Below are positions 27,153-41,031 of a DNA stretch of 64,000 bases, in pieces. A model generated the notes under the pieces. It was not told the origin of the DNA and ran no database searches. It worked only from the letters and a program-made list of their open reading frames with translations. The position numbers and the translations under genes were made by a program. Position 1 is the first letter of the stretch. The number at the start of each line of letters is the position of its first letter. The DNA is from Octopus vulgaris. Taxonomy: Eukaryota. The DNA is taken from contig OX597827.1 in assembly GCA_951406725.2 (NCBI GenBank), positions 10,106,001 through 10,170,000 of the forward strand, written 5' to 3'.

Positions 27153-27187
<35 letters not shown>

Positions 27188-28159
27188 TGATGATGATGAT
27201 GATGATAATAATAATAATAATAATCCTTTCTACTAAAGGCACAAGGCCTGAAAATTTGGGGACAGAGCTAATCGATTATGTCAACCCCAGTACACAACTT
27301 CTTATTTCATTGACCCCAAAAGGATGAAAGACAAAGCAGAATTTGAACTCAGAGCATAGCTGTTATTCTTTCATTCATCATTGCATTTTAACACTTTTAA
27401 CACTCACAAATACTATCATTTGAGAATATTTCCATGCATTCAACACATGATTTCCAAATATAATAGTTAATAAAAATGATAATTTAATATCCTTATAATT
27501 GAACTCTCTTTACATCCTAAACAATCCATACCATAACCTCATCTACATACCAACAATCACACTTCCTCAAACATTAACCTTCTTTTCTACACATCCTGCA
27601 ACTTTTTTTAGGCTGCAAACTAATTTTCGTCATAACACACTCATACACCAATAAAATTAATGTGAAAACTTTTGTACAAACTTCAAGAATGTCCAATGGA
27701 ATGTGATTCACTAAGAAATAAAATTGAGTTTTTCATACTTCACAAGCATCAACACAAATCTGACAAAATTTTAGATGCTTTCAATAAACCTATTCCACAA
27801 AGTAACATAAAAAATACAACCCTAATCCCACTCTTGAAATAGAATGTACCCTTTTCTTGAAATGAAAAAATTGGCTATGACATTCATGGATTTCATATTA
27901 AAAGAATGACAAAATATTTTCTTTCTACTCGCTGAAACTGATCATGTGGTTTATAACATAATGCTTTCAGTAATGTTTGATAACAAATTATAAGTTGTTG
28001 GTAAGAACATGTCTTAATTCATTTTCATTCAATCATTTGGTTTTGAATTTAGCTTACTTTAATCTAATAAAATTGTAAGCGAAAGTAAAGAAGTTGAATG
28101 CTTTTATGTGCTTGCAAAAAAGGATTTTAAAATGTTATTATGTACCTTGTATGTAAACT

Positions 28160-28680
28160 GCTGTTGCATTCGAGAAGAGTACAACTATCGAGCGAATCTG
28201 TAATTAAGATCGTTCCGCTGACCTCCCTGAATAGGGAAGAGCGAGCCTGTTTTCTCTTGGTAGTTGCTGTGGTGAAAGAGGTAGTATGGAAGACGAGAGT
28301 AAAAGGAATTGCAACAGGCATGTTTATCTCCAGTCTCGAGCTAATAGACTTTTTTGTTTTCTACATGAAATGGAAAATAAGGCTGGAGAAGAAATGCCTG
28401 TCACAAAGTGTGTTCCGTAAAAGATGGAAGTGTATAGCAAGTATGTTGCAAATGAAAGAACCTGTTTAAATGAGAATATAAAAGGAGAAAATCAAAGTCT
28501 TCAGTGTGAGTATGTGGTTTGTGGGGTCGACCGCGTCCTCCACTTCATTTTTTGTTAATCACTCATTCTCATTTAATTATATATATTTTAATTGTTTGTT
28601 TATTCATATGTTTCATCTCATTCGATACCCTGACCCCAATGTTTGTTTTGTCTGTCACCGTATCGTCCCCTCTTTTTCTC
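28160..28680. promoter_or_regulatory. CpG-rich unique segment, candidate promoter or first-exon region
   Basis: Roughly 17 CpGs by eye in ~520 bp of non-repeat DNA, against CpG-poor flanks; contains splice signals on both strands. Confidence 0.4.
28424..28505 (+). CDS. Candidate first coding exon (MEVYSKYVANERTCLNENIKGENQSLQ), product unknown
   Basis: AAAGATGG start context with an upstream in-frame TAA; open to a GTGAGT donor at 28506 (phase 1). No homology recognised. Confidence 0.3.
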
Positions 28681-29919
28681 AACCTTATGGTGAATAAAGA
28701 GATTCTCTAATAACAACCATTTCTGAATATATCTTAATATCCATCTAGTCTTCATATTTATCCTTGTTGTTTATATTGCTTTGCTTTCTGAAATTCTTCA
28801 CGAAGGCAATGAAAATACACATGTAGATACTTAACAGTATTTAAATTGCCCTCATCTTAAATCATCATCTATAAATTTGCATTGCACATGTGTTTTTATT
28901 AGACATTTCTATCTCATGGACATTTTTCCTAACATTTTGTTCACGACAACATAATTTCAATAATCTGTAAGTGATACTCCATCTCCTGATATGTTTGATG
29001 TCTGGTATTATGTATTATTTCTATAATTTATAAAATGTTCATTTGGCAAGTTTATCAAGGCACCTTCTCTGGTGGGGAAATACATATAAAAGTTACAAGT
29101 TGGAGGTTTCTCTCAATTTCTTCCATTACATTGTCTTGATATGTAGTACTTTTCTCCTTGTATTTCTTAAAATTTTGTTTTCCATTTAATGTAATTCTAA
29201 ATCGAAACAAATGTAGGTAGTTATAGCATGTGAAAATGTTTTTTTTTTTCATTTCCTTTATAAAACCTACCTTTTTGTCACCAGTATATTCTGACATCTG
29301 TTATATACGTTTTTTTCTATTTTCCAGCTTTTTTTTTACACAGTACCAAGGTATTTATTATAATCTGTAATATTGGTGGAATCATTCTCCTTTAATATTG
29401 CTGTTTTAGTTCTGTAATTGTTTTAACCATTAAAAATATTCTTCACTGATGAAAGAACACAGCTACCACTGTTATCAGTGTCAGTAAGCATTGCATTCAT
29501 GGAAGCCATATTGTTAAAAATCCTGCAAGAAGCTGAAACAGAAAAATAACAAAAGACAAAAGGAAATATTTCCATCCTTGAGGATAGAAGAATTTCAACA
29601 AATGTCATTCAATGCCTCTTCTAGATATATTAAGAAATAATTTTAGGAACCAACAAGATCTAACTTACATTAGGGAATTCAGGAATTTGTAAATCCAAAC
29701 AAGAGGGATAAAATATGCAACAACAATAGTAATTCTATTAATTTGCTACTGAAGTCCATTACTATACGTAACAATGTATTACAAAAAGGGGTTACAAACA
29801 CATATAGTGGGGGTACATAAATAGTTATATAAAATTGAAGTTGGAGAAGGATGTTATTTGATATATTAAGACTTGGTTATATAAATTACAAGAACTGCAC
29901 AAAAGAAATATATGCATGT

Positions 29920-30570
29920 GTAAATATAGTGAGAATTTACAAAAAAACAAAAGATGAAGATGGGTGTGTAAACAACAAACAGATGTATTAGTTTAACGCT
30001 TGGGAAGTGAGAAAGTTTTTTACGTTTTGAGCCTATGCTCTTCGACAGAAAAGAACACAGAAATAAACAGGGAGAGAAAATAAAAAAGATTTAGTGGTTA
30101 GCAATCTATCATGGCAAATGCCACACAGAGGGGTCACACAGGAGAGCTAGGAAGAAGGGGACATAATAAAGTAGTGGTGATCCCAAAATGAAGGTGTGTA
30201 TGTGAGAGCATGTATGTGCATGGGGAAGGGGGCTGGTGACCTTGATGAGTGCATGTGTGCATGTGTAGGAGTGTGGATGATGATGTGGGTGCTGGAAAGT
30301 GGTCAATGCTAGTGTGTGTGGGGTGGGATGAGATGGGATGTATAGGGATGGTGGGTTGGAATGTATAGGGGTGGGGTAATGAGGGAGGGGGTAACGATGA
30401 AGGGAGAGGGTGGAAGGGAGGTGGGTATGAGTGAAGAGGGGAAGTAGGTGTCAGAGCAAGAGAGAAGAGGTGGTTGGAAGAAAGTAGGTGTTAGAGAAAG
30501 AGAAGAGAAAGGAGGAGGGTTAGATGAAGAGGGGAGGAGAGTTGAATCAATGGGGTGCAAAGGAGCGAAG
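29920..30570 (-). mobile_element. Penelope-like remnant, family P4
   Basis: Minus strand reads TTT-CTGTCGA-AGAGCATAGGCTC-AAAA-CGTA-AAA; homologous to 58150-58345(+). Confidence 0.55.
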
Positions 30571-30599
30571 AGTAAACATTAATCCCTGTTCATGGCGAA

Positions 30600-30800
30600 G
30601 ACGGGAGTCCAGATGGACACTGTTCTTGGCTGACCCCTAGGTTTCCTGCTGGTTAGCTCAGCCCCAAGAATCCATCTTGTGATTCTTTTGTATGACATTC
30701 TAATCTCCATAATACTGAGTTTGAAACTACTTGAATCCTCTGCACAATTCTCAAAATCTGAGTGAAGCGTGTTACTTTAGTCTACTGGTTGTGGACTGCT
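30600..30800 (-). mobile_element. Old RTE-type LINE ORF C-terminal remnant
   Basis: Translates to IRMSYKRITRWILGAELTSRKPRGQPRT, similar to the RTE R.RGRPR motif. Confidence 0.5.
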
Positions 30801-30842
30801 GACACTTTGTTAATTTTCCCACTGAAGTTGCTGTGTTAAATG

Positions 30843-30900
<58 letters not shown>

Positions 30901-30908
30901 TAATAACC

Positions 30909-30949
<41 letters not shown>

Positions 30950-31137
30950 CATAATAATAATAATAATAATAAGACATACAGAAAATAGTGCTGACTGACA
31001 CTGTACATGTCTTGAGATAGGCATTATCAATTTAAATACCTTGCAAAGACATTTACTGGTTTGTGTATGCCCCTATGGTGACAGTTGTCAAATCTCAACA
31101 TAAAGCATGTGATAGCAAAATTAACATACAGAAGTGA

Positions 31138-31205
<68 letters not shown>

Positions 31206-31216
31206 TAATAATAATG

Positions 31217-31269
<53 letters not shown>

Positions 31270-31291
31270 AATAATAACAATAATAATAATA

Positions 31292-31340
<49 letters not shown>

Positions 31341-31458
31341 TAATAATAATGATAATAATAATAATAATAATAACAATAATAATAATAATGATAATGATAA
31401 TAATAATAACAATAATAATAATAATAATGATAATGATAATAATAATAATAACAACAAC

Positions 31459-31508
<50 letters not shown>

Positions 31509-31632
31509 TAATAATAATGATAATAATAATAATAATAATAACAATAATAATAATAATAATGATAATGATAATAATAATAACAATAATAATAATAATAATG
31601 ATAATGATAATAATAATAATAACAACAACAAC

Positions 31633-31703
<71 letters not shown>

Positions 31704-31752
31704 TAATAATAATAATAATGATAATGATAATAATAATAATAACAACAACAAC

Positions 31753-31784
<32 letters not shown>

Positions 31785-31840
31785 TAATAATAATAATAAT
31801 AATAATGATAATAATGATAATAATAATAATAATAATAATT
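31138..31840. repeat. ~700-bp compound (AAT/GAT/AAC)n microsatellite
   Basis: Directly visible; a further (AAT)n tract lies at 30841-30972. Confidence 0.95.
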
Positions 31841-32326
31841 TGGGGAGGGGATTATTGATTACATTGAACCTAGTACACAACTGGTACTTATTTCATTGCC
31901 CCTGAAAGGATGAAAGGTAAAGCCACCCTTGGCAGAATTTGAACTCAGAATGTAGTGGTGGGTGGAATACTGCTAAGTATTTCGTCCAGTACGTTGATGA
32001 TTCTGCTAGCTTGCTACCTTGATTATAATATTAATAGTAATAATAACAATAATAATAATAACAATAATAATAATAATGATAATAACAATAATATTCTTCT
32101 CTGTTAAAGGCACAAGGCCTGTAATATTTTTGGTGGGGACTAGTCGATTATATCGACCCCAAAAGGATGAAACGCAAAGTCAACCTCAGCAGAATTTGAA
32201 CACAGAACATAGCAACGGACAAAATACCACTAAACATTTTGCCTGGTGTGCTAACAATTCTGCCAGATCACTGCCTTAATAATGATAATAATCATAATCA
32301 TAATAATAATAATCATAATAATAATC

Positions 32327-32412
<86 letters not shown>

Positions 32413-32639
32413 AATTTTGCCTATTGCAGTCAGAAATTATGCTTGCATCAAAAAAAAATGTTAGAAGAGTTACAAAAATATCTATAAACTTACAAAAAAG
32501 TTGTATAAAAACAAGATGATCCAAAATAACATCCAACAAATTAAAACTTAATAAACATTTCTAATTAGATATTACATACTTAGGTAAATAAATACTCATA
32601 CACAAAAGCATAAGCATACAGATATAGGTGAATAAGATA

Positions 32640-33035
32640 TCTTTATATATAAAAGAGAAGTTGTGTGTCTGTCTCCTATGATTTAGATTCCTAACTACTC
32701 CCACATTTTGCGGTGCAGTTTAACCAAAACCGGGTATCTTATAGTCGCGATTCATATTGAGCCCTTCTGGGTATTAGCACGCGTCTACGATGAGTCTACG
32801 ATTTAAAAAAAATTTGCCATCATTTTTTTCCATTTTAATGCATTTTTTCGCTATTATATAAGGAAAGTAACTCTCTAAAAATGTCTACGATGAGTCAACG
32901 ATTTAAAAAAAAATTTACCATCATTTGTTTTCCATTTTTAATGCATTTTTTGCTATTTTTTGGCTATAACTCTCTAAAAATGCTTATATAGTTATTTCCC
33001 TTACAAACCCGAGCAATGCCGGGTGATACTGCTAG
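32640..33035 (+). mobile_element. Non-autonomous Helitron
   Basis: 5' TC, 3' hairpin plus CTAG, A|T target; homologous to 12719-13108. Confidence 0.8.
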
Positions 33036-33351
33036 TCAATTATAAACATGAAACTCATAAGGGTAACCCAGGAGCTATCACCTGGGTTTCATCAGGATAT
33101 TTTCCCAACATAAGGTATTTTTCCAATACTTTTATGACCTCAATATATAGGTACTGAAGAGACGATGATTTTAAAAGAGACACTGCATAATACAAAAGCC
33201 GAGAAATATATTGATAAAATATTCACAATAATGATATAAAATTACAAAACATAAGATGTAAAAAGAATATAAAAATATGCAGTATATGCTTTAATATATT
33301 TAGATTGTGTGTGTGTGTGTGCATGCTTGTGTGCACGTGTGTGTGTGCGCA

Positions 33352-33385
<34 letters not shown>

Positions 33386-33511
33386 CATGTGTGTGTGTGC
33401 GTGTGTGTGTGTGTCTATGTATTAAAACAGAAATTAAATTCTGATCATAGAGTTACCAAAGATTTTGTATCCACATATATAAATAGATGGACATATACAT
33501 ATACATATGTA

Positions 33512-33565
<54 letters not shown>

Positions 33566-33566
33566 G

Positions 33567-33673
<107 letters not shown>

Positions 33674-34611
33674 TTATCTATCTCTCTCTATATATATATA
33701 CATATAACTACTAATTTAAAATTAAAATTTTTTTTTCTAGTTTCAGCTCAGAGCTGCGGCCATGCTGATGCACCGCCGTTTATATACATAAAAAGAAAAA
33801 TAATGATAAAATAAAGACAAGATAAAACTAGAAATGGGAAGAAAAATACAAAAGAAAATGAAGACGTGGGATGTAGAAAGGCAGTGTAGAATATACGTAA
33901 TATATATCAAATAAGAAATAAAATAAGCCGTAAATAAAAGAAGAGGGGAGCAGTAGATGGTAGGTAAATCATGAGGATTTAAGCAATAAAATGGTAAATG
34001 GTTAAATGATTCATAGTGCATGGTAAATGATGAATGCTGTATGATAAATGATGAATGCTTGAATGACAAATGGTAAGGCCCAAAAGCTAGACATTATGTG
34101 CAAGGGAGAAGTAAAAAAAATATGATGAAAATCATAAAAAAAGTTAATAAAAATAATAATGATAAAAAAAGAATGATAATCAACCGAGAATTGAAGAAAA
34201 ATAGGAAAATTGGATGAATGGAAATGTAAGAATAAATTATACATACCGCAATGGATTAAATATTTTGGAGGTAATAATAGAATTATCAGCTATGGACTAT
34301 CAAATAATCTATAAGTAACGCATAAATAATGAATAATAATAATATGTAAATAAACATATAAATATGTACAATGCAAGAACATAAATTAAGTCATGTGTAA
34401 ATAAATAAATAAATTAAATATATAGATAAATAAATAAATAAATTAAATACAATGATTTAAAAATAAACCATAAATAATAAAGAATAAGAATAAATAATAA
34501 CAATATAAAAGCGCTAAAAAAAATAAAAGAAATAGTTGGGCTCAAAAACTGAAAAAGCTGGTAAAGAGAAGGGAGCCATATATGTATATATATATATATA
34601 TATAATATATA

Positions 34612-34652
<41 letters not shown>

Positions 34653-34686
34653 TATATATATATATATATACATATTTAGATATACG

Positions 34687-34730
<44 letters not shown>

Positions 34731-35235
34731 CATATATATATATACATACATATGTACATACATACATGCATGCATACATACAAACACACACACACGCACA
34801 CACACATACACACACACATACACACACACATACACACACACATACACACACACATATATGTACATATAAAGCTAATTATAATAACGATTTCTAATCTCCT
34901 TATTTGCCCATAAAGGAAGCCACATACATTATTCATACTTACAAAGACATAAGACCTTAAATATTGCCGGAGAGTAAACAAAGGCATGTGAGGCGGCACA
35001 CATAAGCGATATATAAAAATGAGGAAGGAGTGAAAGACATTATTAAATAAATATCTATCTTCATCTTTTATCATTCATTTGTTTCGATGATGATGATGAT
35101 TGGACTACAGCTATTCTGGAGTGCCATCTCGAAGAGTTACTTAAACAAATGTTAATATCTGGTACTCATTCTATTCTAAGTTTCAGGTATGTAATAGACC
35201 AATGCTAGTTGTCAAGCAATGGATAAACACAAACA

Positions 35236-35289
<54 letters not shown>

Positions 35290-36205
35290 CCAGTCTGGGA
35301 ATCAAACTCACCAGCTCATGATTGTGAGTCTGATGTTCTAACGACTGAGTCATGTGCCATCACCAGAAATGATACCAACAGATACCCAAAAGGATGTTAG
35401 AAAATGAATCTGAAAAATATCTTGAGAGAGTTTAATACCTAAACAAAGTGATAAAACTCTAGGAACCATAAATTATATAGGTTCAGGAAGGGGCCAGTTG
35501 ATTAGATTGACCCCAGTATGCAACTGGTACTTAATTTATCAACCCCGAAAGGATGAACAGCAAAGTCGATCTTGGGAGAATTTGAACTCAGAATGTAAAG
35601 ACAGACAAAATGCTGCTAAGCATTTTGCCTGTTGTGCTAACATTTCTGCCTGGGGTTGAAAGTGTTCCCCTAAAATTTTGGCAGGATAATCAAAATGCTT
35701 TGGACATCCACCTGAAACTCAAAACAAACAAGCATGGAAACGTTTTTGACTAATTTTGAAGCATGACTTTTTCATTATTAGATGTAAGATGGTAAGCTGG
35801 CAGAATTGTTAGCACACCAGGCAAAATGCTTAGCAGCATTATTCTTTTGTCTGTCTTTACGTTCTGAGTTCAAATTCTGCCAAGATCGACTTTGCCATTC
35901 ATCCTTTCAGGGTCTATAAATTAAGTACCAGTTGTATACTGGGGTCAATCTAATCAACTAGCCCCTTCCCCCAAAATTTCAGGCCTTGTGCCTAGAGTAG
36001 AAAAGATTATTAGATGTATTTGATTTGATTGACATATATAGGCGCAGGAGTGGCTGTGTGGTAAGTAGCTTGCTAACCAACTACATGGTTCTGGGTTCAG
36101 TCCCACTGCGTGGCATCTTGGGCAAGTGTCTTCTGCTATAGCCTCGGGCTGACCAATGCCTTGTGAGTGGATTTGGTAGACGGAAACTGAAAGAAGCCTG
36201 TCGTA

Positions 36206-36254
<49 letters not shown>

Positions 36255-36599
36255 TTGTCCCCCTAGCATTGCTTGACAACCGATGCTGGTGTGTTTACGT
36301 CCCCATCACTTAGCGGTTCGACAAAAGAGATCGATAGAATAAGTACTGGGCTTGCAAAAAATAAGTCCCGGGGTCGATTTGCTCGACTAAAGGCGGTGCT
36401 CCAGCATGGCCGCAGTCAAATGACTGAAACAAGTTAAGAGTAAAGAGAAAAGAGTATATATATAATAATAAATACTGTTATTATACCTGTTTGTTTTGAT
36501 AATACGATTAAAATAATTGACCTTGTTTGTAAAAACTCTGGATTTGGGTTTGCAACTACTAAGCAAATTTTGTTGCTGTACTTATGATGAATTATTGTG

Positions 36600-36930
36600 G
36601 CTAAGAAAACCGAGCTATACTACATTACAGATATAACCACCCTAGGTGACCACAATGTAGCTAGCAAAAAGAGCAACAAGATTGTTAATTATTTGGAGCT
36701 CTGGTTGGCAATTTCAAGAAAGTGGGAACACACAAACTGAAGTTATGCCAATAGTAATTGGTGCCCTTGGCTCCATTCCTAACAAGTTAACAACATACAT
36801 CAATATACATCAACAAATACAACAATATAAATGCCTAACGTTGTATATTTATAGAAACTGGAATTTCTTGGATTTGCCAAAATCCTGCAAAAGTTACTAT
36901 TTGTTTGCGTTTGTGGCTTAATAGAGAGCA
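36600..36930 (+). mobile_element. R4/Dong-type LINE endonuclease-region remnant
   Basis: Translates to TQTEVMPIVIGALGSIPNKL (P.VIGALG motif), frameshifted. Confidence 0.6.
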
Positions 36931-36997
36931 CCTATTACATACCTAGCTAAGATCTTAAGCTACATTAAAAGATTTGATGATGATGATGATGATGATG

Positions 36998-37290
36998 ATA
37001 AGAATTAAGTATGAAATAGTCCAGCTATGGAAAATGAAGAAGGTGAAGATAGTGTCAATTATTGTTGGTTCCTTGGAGACAGTATCAGAAGGCATCAAGA
37101 GGAATAAAGGAAATTGGAATAGAATGTCCAGTAGAACTATTACAAAAGGTTTGCATCCTTGGCACAGCCAAAATAATCAGGAAAGTATTAGATAGTTAAA
37201 AAAGAACAGATGGCATGGTACTGTAGGATGTAGGCAGTAAGCCCGCTATGCACGCAAGATTCCAGGAGCTGCATCAAAACCTGAGATAAA
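36998..37290 (+). mobile_element. R4/Dong-type LINE 3' end
   Basis: Translates to IKYEIVQLWKMKKVKIVSIIVGSLETV and, after a frameshift, IGIECPVELLQKVCILGTAKIIRKVLDS*; (AAT)n follows. Confidence 0.75.
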
Positions 37291-37517
37291 AATAATAATA
37301 ATAATCCTTTCTACTATAGGCACAAGACCTGAAATTTAGGGTGAAGGGGCTAATCGATTACATTGATCCCAGTGCATAACTGGTACTTCTTTCGGTGACC
37401 CTGAAAGAACGAAAGGCAAAGTTAACCTCAGTGGAAATTGAATGGAGAATGTAAGGATGGACGAAATGTCGCTAAGTAGTTTGTTTGGCATGCTAACGAT
37501 TCTGCCGGCTCACTGCC

Positions 37518-37584
<67 letters not shown>

Positions 37585-37587
<3 letters not shown>

Positions 37588-37697
37588 TGATTTAAAGTTT
37601 TTTCACAAAGCCAGAAATTTGGTAGGAGTGAGTAAGTCATTTATATTGACCCCAATACTCAACTGGTATTTATTTTATTGACCCCAAAAGGATGGAA

Positions 37698-37759
<62 letters not shown>

Positions 37760-37869
37760 TGATTTAAAGTTTTTTCACAAAGCCAGAAATTTGGTAGGAG
37801 TGAGTAAGTCATTTATATTGACCCCAATACTCAACTGGTATTTATTTTATTGACCCCAAAAGGATGGAA

Positions 37870-37872
<3 letters not shown>
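37585..37872. repeat. Tandem duplication of a ~115-bp SINE fragment separated by (AAT)n
   Basis: 37585-37700 is near-identical to 37757-37872. Confidence 0.85.
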
Positions 37873-37910
<38 letters not shown>

Positions 37911-37911
<1 letters not shown>

Positions 37912-38290
37912 TTGTCTGTTAATAGATATGTCTGTCCCACAAAATCAAAATGTCTCAAGAAAGGAATACGAAAAGCTTTCTCACTATAAAGATCTGCAAA
38001 TTGAAATCACAAAAATGTGGAAGCTTTATGATAATACCAGTAGTAATTGGTGCATTGAGAATAATAAATAAGGGAGCTGAGAAGTATATTAGGCAACTCC
38101 TTGGTAATTCCAATCTCTGTGAACTACAAAAGATAACCTTGATGGGTACAGCCCATATACTACAGAAAACACTCTTCATCTAAAATGGAATAAATGTGGT
38201 GATAATTTTAGCATGCATAGCAAAACAAAAGTGCCCTTGCTACTTTTGTCCTCTGGAGGATGCCTGGTACTAAGGCAGCTGAAATAAAAT
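37911..38290 (+). mobile_element. R4/Dong-type LINE 3' end
   Basis: Translates to CLLIDMSVPQNQNVSRKEYEKLSHYKDLQIEITKMWK and IIPVVIGALRII...LQKITLMGTAHILQKTL*; lies within (AAT)n. Confidence 0.8.
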
Positions 38291-39708
38291 TATAATGAAA
38301 GGAAACTATAAATGGTAATAATAATAATAATAACAACAACAACAATAATAATGGCTTCTGATCTTAACTAATTGGAAGTGTTATCATGTACATTGTTTTG
38401 TCTTGGTATAAAAGATAGGCTCCAGCATATATTCTGCTGAATACCACAGCTTTGCTTGTCATTTGTTTGACCTTAACCAGTCATTTGTTTGACCATAACC
38501 AGTTGAGTATAATCCTTAGTGGCTGATGATACGTGCATCTCTAATCATGAGCAGAAGTAGTCGGGAGCATCATAGCCATGTGTTGAAAGGAATTCTTTGG
38601 GGTTTGAATAATTCACCTCTGGAAACATGGGTTTTTCGTTCAACATCCTTATACAATCCTTATTCAGGGACCTTTTGAGCAGGATAGGCTACTCAACCAG
38701 AAGAAAATTCTAACTGGGCCCTACCTGCAAGGTCATGCACTGTTTATCTTAATATGAGATCACCATGTCGTGCACAGATGGTCATGATGAATGTGCCTGG
38801 TGTACCCTAATCAAATGGGTAGTCATGATGGATATACTGGGCTTTGTATATTTTACCCCAGTGACACTTTGATGGCATGCATTGCTCTTTCACTCATGTA
38901 ACAATAATAATAAGGATAATCTTTTCTGCTATAGGCACAAGGCCTGAAATTTTGGTGGAGGATACTAGTCGACTATATGAACCTCAGTGTGTAACCAATA
39001 CTTATTTCATCTAACCCAAAAGGATGAAAGGCAAAGTCAACTTTGTTAGAATTTCAACTCAGAATGTAGAGATGGGCGAAATACTGTTAACCAGTTCATC
39101 CAGCATGCTAACGATTCTGGCAATAATGATTTCATTTAATTTGCCACAAGGACGAAGGATGAGGGAAACAATGCAAAGATAGACATAAAGTGTGGGGATT
39201 TACATATAATGACTCATGTTCCTCTAGTTTCTAATAGAGTTTCATTTTTAGTTCTTAAAACTTCTGCAATTTTTGTCATTAGTTTATTATTCATTTCTTT
39301 GAGCAATGAAATAAATTTGTGTTCAATAAGAATATTACTAATCAAACATTTATGTACTATAAAAGTTATTAAAGGCAAAAAGGGTCTTACTTCTGCTACA
39401 TCCTGTATATACCCACACATACACACACACACACAAATATTTATATATATAGCATTACCACCAAGCAATAATTAGGAGTAACTGAAATTTAGGTTAGTTA
39501 AAAATATGTTTGTGACAGAATAGTTTTGGAAAAATAGTTTTGGCATTTCTTTTATTCTTTTATTACTTTCAGTCACAGGACAGTGACCATACCGAGGTAC
39601 TGGCTTAAAAGATCTAATAAATTATACCAACAAGCATTTATATTTCCATATATAATTTGTATTATTATTGTTGGTTGTTTACTTTGCATCTGTCATTGGC
39701 AAAAATTC

Positions 39709-40322
39709 ACATACATACATTCATACATACATACATACATACATACATACATACATACATACATTCATACCTACATACACACATACATTCATACATACGT
39801 TCATACATACATACACACAAGCATACATACATGCATGCATGCATGCATGCATGCATACATACATACATACATATATACATACATACATACATACATATAT
39901 ACATACATACATTCATACATACATACATACATATATACATACATACATACACATACATACATACATACATATATACATACATACATTCATACATACATTC
40001 ATACATACATACATTCATACATACATACATACATACATATATACATACCTACATACATACATTCAAACATACATACATACATACATACATACATACATGC
40101 ATACATAAAGCATACATGCATACATACATACATACATACATACATTCATACCTACCTACATACATACATACATATATACCTACATACATACATACATACC
40201 TACCTACATACATACATACATACATTCATACCTACATACATACATACAAACATACATACATACATACATACATGCATACACACACATACATGCGTACACA
40301 CAAATACATGCATACATACATA
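39709..40322. repeat. (TACA)n tetranucleotide microsatellite
   Basis: Directly visible. Similar tracts at 17940-18070 and 46166-46470; (TATC)n at 33512-33680. Confidence 0.95.
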
Positions 40323-40616
40323 GTAACCTGAGAAGGGTTTCTGTGTCAGTAAATAGTGATGGAGTCGGTACAATTTGAAAACAAAATTATAAATTAAGAA
40401 ACATGACATGGCCAAAAACATCTGGTAACTTAACTTGGCAACAACATGGTTCTTTAATTTATAATTTTGTCTTCAAATTACACACCCACACACATACACA
40501 CCTACATACACACATTTAATTGTAAGTATATATGTATGTACATATACACATAAGTGTATGTGTGTGTGTGTTTATACGACGTTTGTGTGTGTGCATGAAA
40601 TATATAAATACATATA

Positions 40617-41000
40617 TATTGAGCACATGCATATATATATATTGGGCACATGCATATATATATTGAGCACATGCATATATATATTAAGCACATGCATATA
40701 TATTGAGCACATGCATATATATATTGGGCACATGCATATATATATTGAGCAAATGCATATATATATATATATTGAGCATATGCATATATATATTGAGCAC
40801 ATGCATATATATATTGAGCACATGCATATATATTGAGCAAATGCATATATATATATATATATTGAGCACATGCATATATATATTGGGCACATGCATATAT
40901 ATATATTGAGCACATGCATATATATATTGAGCACATGCATATATATATATATTGAGCACATGCATATATATATTGAGCACATGCATATATATTGAGCATA

Positions 41001-41031
<31 letters not shown>

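Noticed and set aside
28140-28469. 109-aa plus-strand ORF as a single-exon gene
   Set aside because: No recognisable motif; the splice-bounded readings were reported instead at low confidence.
31085-31880. Poly-Ile/Leu/Asn ORFs and the many HT/CV/YI-repeat ORFs throughout the window
   Set aside because: They are microsatellite translations.
38370-38900. Repeat-like segment between (AAT)n tracts
   Set aside because: Single copy in the window with no diagnostic termini, ORF or complete ribozyme motif, so it could not be classified.
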